DNA of 19,037 nt from Phycisphaerae bacterium (GTDB taxonomy: Bacteria > Planctomycetota > Phycisphaerae > UBA1845 > Fen-1342): positions 1-19,037 of the forward strand of contig JASFQK010000060.1 of the NCBI GenBank assembly GCA_050115495.1, read 5' to 3'. Made by a program: the position numbers and the translations under genes. Below are positions 15,070-19,037 of the stretch, piece by piece (the first letter of the stretch is position 1; the number at the start of each line of letters is the position of its first letter). The notes under the pieces were generated by a model. The model was not told the origin of the DNA. It saw only the letters and a program-made list of their open reading frames with translations, and searched no databases.

Positions 15070-15957
15070 ATGAGTGAAATACATCCCACGGCGACGGTGG
15101 ACCGCACGGCGGAACTCGGCCGCGACGTCGAGATCGGCCCCTACTGCTACGTCGGTCCCGGCGTGCAGCTCGGCGACCGCTGCCGGTTGATCGGGCACGT
15201 CACGCTGCTCGGGCCGGCGGAGTACGGTCCGGAGAACACCTTCTACCCGTACGCCGCCCTCGGCGCCGCCCCGCAGGACCTCAAGTTCAAGGGCGGCCCG
15301 ACGAAGCTGGTCGTCGGCGGGCACAACACTTTCCGCGAGCACGTCACCGCCAACCGCGGCACCGAGGTCGACCCGCACAGCGAAGGCACCACCCGCATCG
15401 GCAACCACAACCTGTTCATGATCGGCGTGCACGTCGCCCACGATGCCGACGTCCGCGATCACGTGATCCTCGCCAACTACGTGCAGATCGCCGGCCACGT
15501 CTGCCTCGAATCGTGCGTGACGGTCGGCGGGGCCAGCGCCATGCACCACTTCGTCACCGTCGGCCGCAACGCGTACGTGGCGGGCATGACCCGCATCACG
15601 CACGACGTACCGCCCTACATGAAGGTGCAGGGCTACGACCAGGTCGTCCGCGGCGTGAACCTCGAAGGGATGCGCCGCTGGCAGATGCGGCCGGCGTCGA
15701 TCGCGGCGATGAAGGCGGCCGCCCGGCTGCTCTACGCCCGCCGAGCCGAGCACTCGCCGCTGCGCACGGCCGAGGCCCTGCGGCAGATCGAGGGCGACGG
15801 GCTGATGGCCGACGAGCACGTTCGCTACCTCGTCGACTTTCTGAAGCGGAAGATGGCCATCGGCGTCTACGGGCGGGTGCGCGAGCACGACCGCCGCGAC
15901 GTCGACGCCGACCGCGCCGGCTTCTACGAGTCCACCCAAACGGATCCCAGCGCATGA
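15070..15957 (+). CDS. lpxA: Acyl-ACP:UDP-GlcNAc(3N) acyltransferase
   Basis: IHPTA, PQDLKFKG, FREHVTANRGT, HVAHD, IAGHV, DVPPY, GVNLEGMRR. Confidence 0.95.
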   Translation: MSEIHPTATVDRTAELGRDVEIGPYCYVGPGVQLGDRCRLIGHVTLLGPAEYGPENTFYPYAALGAAPQDLKFKGGPTKLVVGGHNTFREHVTANRGTEVDPHSEGTTRIGNHNLFMIGVHVAHDADVRDHVILANYVQIAGHVCLESCVTVGGASAMHHFVTVGRNAYVAGMTRITHDVPPYMKVQGYDQVVRGVNLEGMRRWQMRPASIAAMKAAARLLYARRAEHSPLRTAEALRQIEGDGLMADEHVRYLVDFLKRKMAIGVYGRVREHDRRDVDADRAGFYESTQTDPSA

Positions 15958-17021
15958 GCACCCCCCTTCCCGTCGTGGTGGTCGGCGCCGGCCACATGGG
16001 CCGGTTCCACGTTCAGAAATACGCGGCCAATCCGGCGGCGCGGCTGGTCGCCGTCATCGACGCCGACCTCGACCGGGCCCGCGCCTTGGCCGAGCCACAC
16101 GGCGCCCGCTACGCCCGCGATTACGACCCCGACATGGGCGACGTGGCCGCGGCGAGCATCGCTGTCCCGACGAACGCCCACCTGCGCGTCGCCCGCCCGC
16201 TCATCGAGCGCGGCATCAACGTGCTCATCGAGAAGCCCCTGGCCCCCAACGTCCAGGAGGCCGAGGCCATCGTCGAGCTCGCCCGCCGACACGACGTCAT
16301 CGTCCAGGTCGGCCACACCGAGCGGTTCAATCCGGCGGTGCGGGCGGTCGAACGGCTGGGCGTGCGGCCGAAGTTCATCGAAACACACCGCATCAGCCCG
16401 TTCTCGTTCCGCTCGGCCGACGTCGGCGTCGTGTTCGACGTCATGATCCACGACATCGACATCATGCTGCACCTGGTGCGGGACGAGGCCGAGCGGGTGG
16501 ATGCGGTCGGCGTGAACGTGCTCGGGCCGAACGAGGACATCGCCAACGCCCGCGTCGTCTGCCGGCACGGAGCCGTGGCCAACCTGACCGCCTCGCGCCT
16601 GGCGCTGAAGACCGAGCGGAAGCTGCGGGTATTCAGCGAGTCGGCGTACGTCTCACTCGATTATCACCGCAAGAACGGCGTCGCCATCACGCTCGACAAG
16701 AACCTCGACGTACTGAAGTTCGCCCGCGAGCGGAACATCGAGGACATGTCGCAATTGGCGGGGATGGACTTCGGCAAGATGGTGCACGTCGAGCCGCTGG
16801 TCATCGACGACCGCGATCCTCTGGAGACGGAGCTGGACGCGTTCCTCGACTGCGTGCGGAACCACCAGCAGCCCCCCGTCACCGCCGAGGACGGCCTCGC
16901 CGCCGTCAGCCTGGCGACGCGGATCGTCGAGGCGCTGGCAGCGCACCACTGGGACGGTGCCCAGGGGCAGCGTGTGGGGTTGGAAGCGGACATCTTCGGG
17001 AAGACGAACGCGGGGAAGTAG
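15954..17021 (+). CDS. gnnA: Gfo/Idh/MocA oxidoreductase, probable UDP-GlcNAc 3-dehydrogenase (GnnA-like)
   Basis: GAGHMG, EKP, GHTERFNP, DVMIHDID, NLTASR; ATGA-coupled to lpxA. The family call is firm; the gnnA assignment rests on gene context. Confidence 0.75.
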   Translation: MSTPLPVVVVGAGHMGRFHVQKYAANPAARLVAVIDADLDRARALAEPHGARYARDYDPDMGDVAAASIAVPTNAHLRVARPLIERGINVLIEKPLAPNVQEAEAIVELARRHDVIVQVGHTERFNPAVRAVERLGVRPKFIETHRISPFSFRSADVGVVFDVMIHDIDIMLHLVRDEAERVDAVGVNVLGPNEDIANARVVCRHGAVANLTASRLALKTERKLRVFSESAYVSLDYHRKNGVAITLDKNLDVLKFARERNIEDMSQLAGMDFGKMVHVEPLVIDDRDPLETELDAFLDCVRNHQQPPVTAEDGLAAVSLATRIVEALAAHHWDGAQGQRVGLEADIFGKTNAGK

Positions 17022-17068
17022 CCGCGCGGTCCCGAAACGAACGGGGGTTATCTGGCAGCCGAAAGATC

Positions 17069-17089
17069 GGCGGGTGAAACCCGTCCTAC
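17069..17089 (-). repeat. GTAG-type REP-like hairpin overlapping the stop codon of the 17086-18219 gene
   Basis: - strand GTAG GACGGGT TTC ACCCGCC (7-bp stem with one mismatch). Its TAG is 17086-17088. Confidence 0.7.
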
Positions 17090-18219
17090 GCTTGAACACC
17101 CGCCAGTTGCGCGCGTTTGCGAAGCACCTGCCGCTGACGCTTCTGCTGTCGGCGCAGCCGTCGCAGCGCCCGTTGCGCCCCTACCCGACCGTGCAGCAAC
17201 GCCACACTCCGCACGCACGTCATCATCAACAGCCGCGCATCCATTCGCCGCAACGAATCCTCCACCACCGCCGGCAGCTCGACCCACTCAAACCGCCGCA
17301 GCCCATTGAGCACATCCGCCACCGCCTGCGGCAGCGGCAGCACGGGGTCATACCCGTCATCGTGCCACACCTCACGCCGCACACCGTGCAGCACCGACAT
17401 CACCAGCCGGAACGGCGAACGCAGCCATTCCGCCGGCAGCACCGGCGTATCCGTGCCGCCGTACACCGGCGACGTCGGCCGCGGCACGTCCACAGACATC
17501 GCCGGCAGCGGCACATCCGTCGGCCCGACCGCGAGCGCAACCGGGGACACGGCCTCCGCCGGCGGCACAACCGACGACGCAACAGGCGGCACCGCCGGGG
17601 ACGTCGGCACAACCTCCACGCTTCCGCCCGGCGTGGTCACCCGCCGCGGACACCGACACCGCCGGCAGATCGCCCGTTCGTACATCGGTCGCCCATCCAA
17701 CGGCTGAAACAAGACCAACTCGACCGGCCCGCCATCGTCGCAGCGACAGCCTGCCTGCCACGCTCCAAACCGGCGGAGCAGTTGATCCACGGCGGCCAGC
17801 ACCATCCGCCGGCCAAGTCGGCTCCAGGCCTCGACGCTCACGCCGCTCTCCGGCCCGGGCACGTCCGCCATCGCCGCCGCCCGCTGGGCGTTCTGCAACT
17901 CCGAATCGTTCAGAAGCCGCTTGTGCACGAGGAACCGGCCGTGTCGGCGGACGCTGCCCTCTGGCCGCTTCCGCAGGCGAAACGCCGTCACCGACTCTCC
18001 CGGCGGCCGACGCAGTTCATACGCCACGTCCCGCACCAACCCGACCAGCAGCGTCTGGGCACCGGCCAGCGCCCCGGCGTAGTCGCCCGACTGCTGCGCT
18101 GCGTCAGACTCCATCGCCGCCCGCTCGAACGCTTCCCGGTCGAGCTCCGGATGTTGCGCCACACGCGTCACCAGAGGAACCAGTTCCACGTTTGGCGTCG
18201 GTTCCGCATCTTTCGTCAT
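17086..18219 (-). CDS. Uncharacterised multidomain protein: helical (Abi_C/HEPN-like?) domain, Cys cluster, Pro/Val linker, basic helical C-terminus
   Basis: AAGGAG RBS before ATG 18219; segment homologous to the gene end at 1-152; CRC...CRRCRC at 17650-17748. Confidence 0.7.
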   Translation of the reverse strand: MTKDAEPTPNVELVPLVTRVAQHPELDREAFERAAMESDAAQQSGDYAGALAGAQTLLVGLVRDVAYELRRPPGESVTAFRLRKRPEGSVRRHGRFLVHKRLLNDSELQNAQRAAAMADVPGPESGVSVEAWSRLGRRMVLAAVDQLLRRFGAWQAGCRCDDGGPVELVLFQPLDGRPMYERAICRRCRCPRRVTTPGGSVEVVPTSPAVPPVASSVVPPAEAVSPVALAVGPTDVPLPAMSVDVPRPTSPVYGGTDTPVLPAEWLRSPFRLVMSVLHGVRREVWHDDGYDPVLPLPQAVADVLNGLRRFEWVELPAVVEDSLRRMDARLLMMTCVRSVALLHGRVGAQRALRRLRRQQKRQRQVLRKRAQLAGVQA

Positions 18220-18279
18220 CGCCGCTCTCCTTGATCTGTTGGACGACTCCAACCGCCACCCACGGCGGCCACGCTCGTC

Positions 18280-18822
18280 CTATTCGATCTGTGACCACCA
18301 GTGCTGCCACCACGTCGGCCGCGGCTCGGTGTCGATCTCTTTCAGGCCCGGCTGGACCATCAGTTCGTCCAGGCATTCGGCCACCACCCTTAACAGCCCA
18401 TGTTTGATCCTGGCGTGCCGGTCCAGGTACGCCCGCCATTCCGCCGACAACTCTTCCCGGTGGTAGCACTTGCCGCCGGGAACCTGCTTCATCACGCCCG
18501 GGGCACCAAGTCGGCGGAGACACTCGGCCAGGACGTTGAAGACGGTGTTGCGTTCGGCGTGGCCGAGCCAGTGGCTGGGGTCTTCGTCCTCGTTGGGCAG
18601 GTCCGGGTCGTTGTCGTCGTAGGCGAAGAAGCGGAAGTGGGCGGCGCCGGGGAGTTGGTAGAGGAGGACGGCGGCTCGGAAGTAGACGCCGAGGCGTAAC
18701 AGGTGCTGGGCGGCCTGGGCCATCCAGAACTGCATGGCGGTGGGCAGGTTGTCGGTGCAGCGGAGGTCGAGGTAGAAGCCCAACTCGTCGGCGTCGGCTT
18801 TGAATCCGTGCGAATCAATCAT
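18280..18822 (-). CDS. Uncharacterised 180-aa protein with WWQHWW tail
   Basis: AGGGGA RBS before ATG 18822; C-terminal 54 aa show 23 ungapped identities to the upstream partial gene. Confidence 0.8.
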   Translation of the reverse strand: MIDSHGFKADADELGFYLDLRCTDNLPTAMQFWMAQAAQHLLRLGVYFRAAVLLYQLPGAAHFRFFAYDDNDPDLPNEDEDPSHWLGHAERNTVFNVLAECLRRLGAPGVMKQVPGGKCYHREELSAEWRAYLDRHARIKHGLLRVVAECLDELMVQPGLKEIDTEPRPTWWQHWWSQIE

Positions 18823-18872
18823 GTTGTCTTCCCCTGTCGGGTGCCGGGTGGATGCGGCACGCCCCGCCTGGC

Positions 18873-19037
18873 CTAGCTGACCCGGGCCCACCAGCGTCGC
18901 CACCAACTGTGTGCGTCGGGCTTGTCGATGTCGGCCAATCCCGGCCTCACCACCAGCACGTCAAGACAATCGGCCACCAACGAGAGCAGCCCGTCCTTGA
19001 CCTCGACTCGCTCGTCGATCAACTTCCGCCAGGTCTT
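18873..19037 (-). CDS. 3' end of a tandem paralogue of 18280-18822 (partial)
   Basis: Reads KTWRKLIDERVEVKDGLLSLVADCLDVLVVRPGLADIDKPDAHSWWRRWWARVS then TAG (18873-18875). Not in the ORF track. Confidence 0.8.
   Translation of the reverse strand, partial: KTWRKLIDERVEVKDGLLSLVADCLDVLVVRPGLADIDKPDAHSWWRRWWARVS

Noticed and set aside
15513..15953. N-terminal extension of the oxidoreductase ORF (502 aa)
   Set aside because: Overlaps lpxA out of frame. The Rossmann motif starts just after ATG 15954, which is ATGA-coupled to lpxA.
16957..18234. 425-aa Arg/His-rich + strand ORF
   Set aside because: Antisense to 17086-18219, which has an RBS and a paralogous segment in the window. Its composition mirrors Val/Ala codons of the opposite strand.

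Overview
GC-rich bacterial window. The gene content and the S/T-Q-P-rich protein tails suggest a planctomycete, probably Phycisphaerae (inference only). The core is housekeeping or envelope: two tandem lipoprotein metzincin proteases, a PilZ protein, an M16 peptidase, a large DUF4175-like membrane protein, and a long + strand run (lipoprotein, YfgM-like TPR protein, rluD, dacB, skp/ompH, lpxD, lpxC-fabZ, lpxA, gnnA-like oxidoreductase). Two things stand out beyond this. (1) GT(A/G)G+hairpin REP-like elements with covarying stems occur in all three convergent intergenic gaps. In three genes the element's own TAG is the stop codon, and a fourth gene ends in a (TAG)n run that abuts another copy. 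(2) Both window ends carry related uncharacterised genes pointing inward. The left partial gene matches a helical, possibly degenerate Abi_C/HEPN-like domain of the gene at 17086-18219. It also shares a (W/F)WxxWW C-terminal tail with two tandem paralogues at the right end. No CRISPR array, RNA gene or transposase was seen. All calls come from reading motifs by eye, with no database searches.
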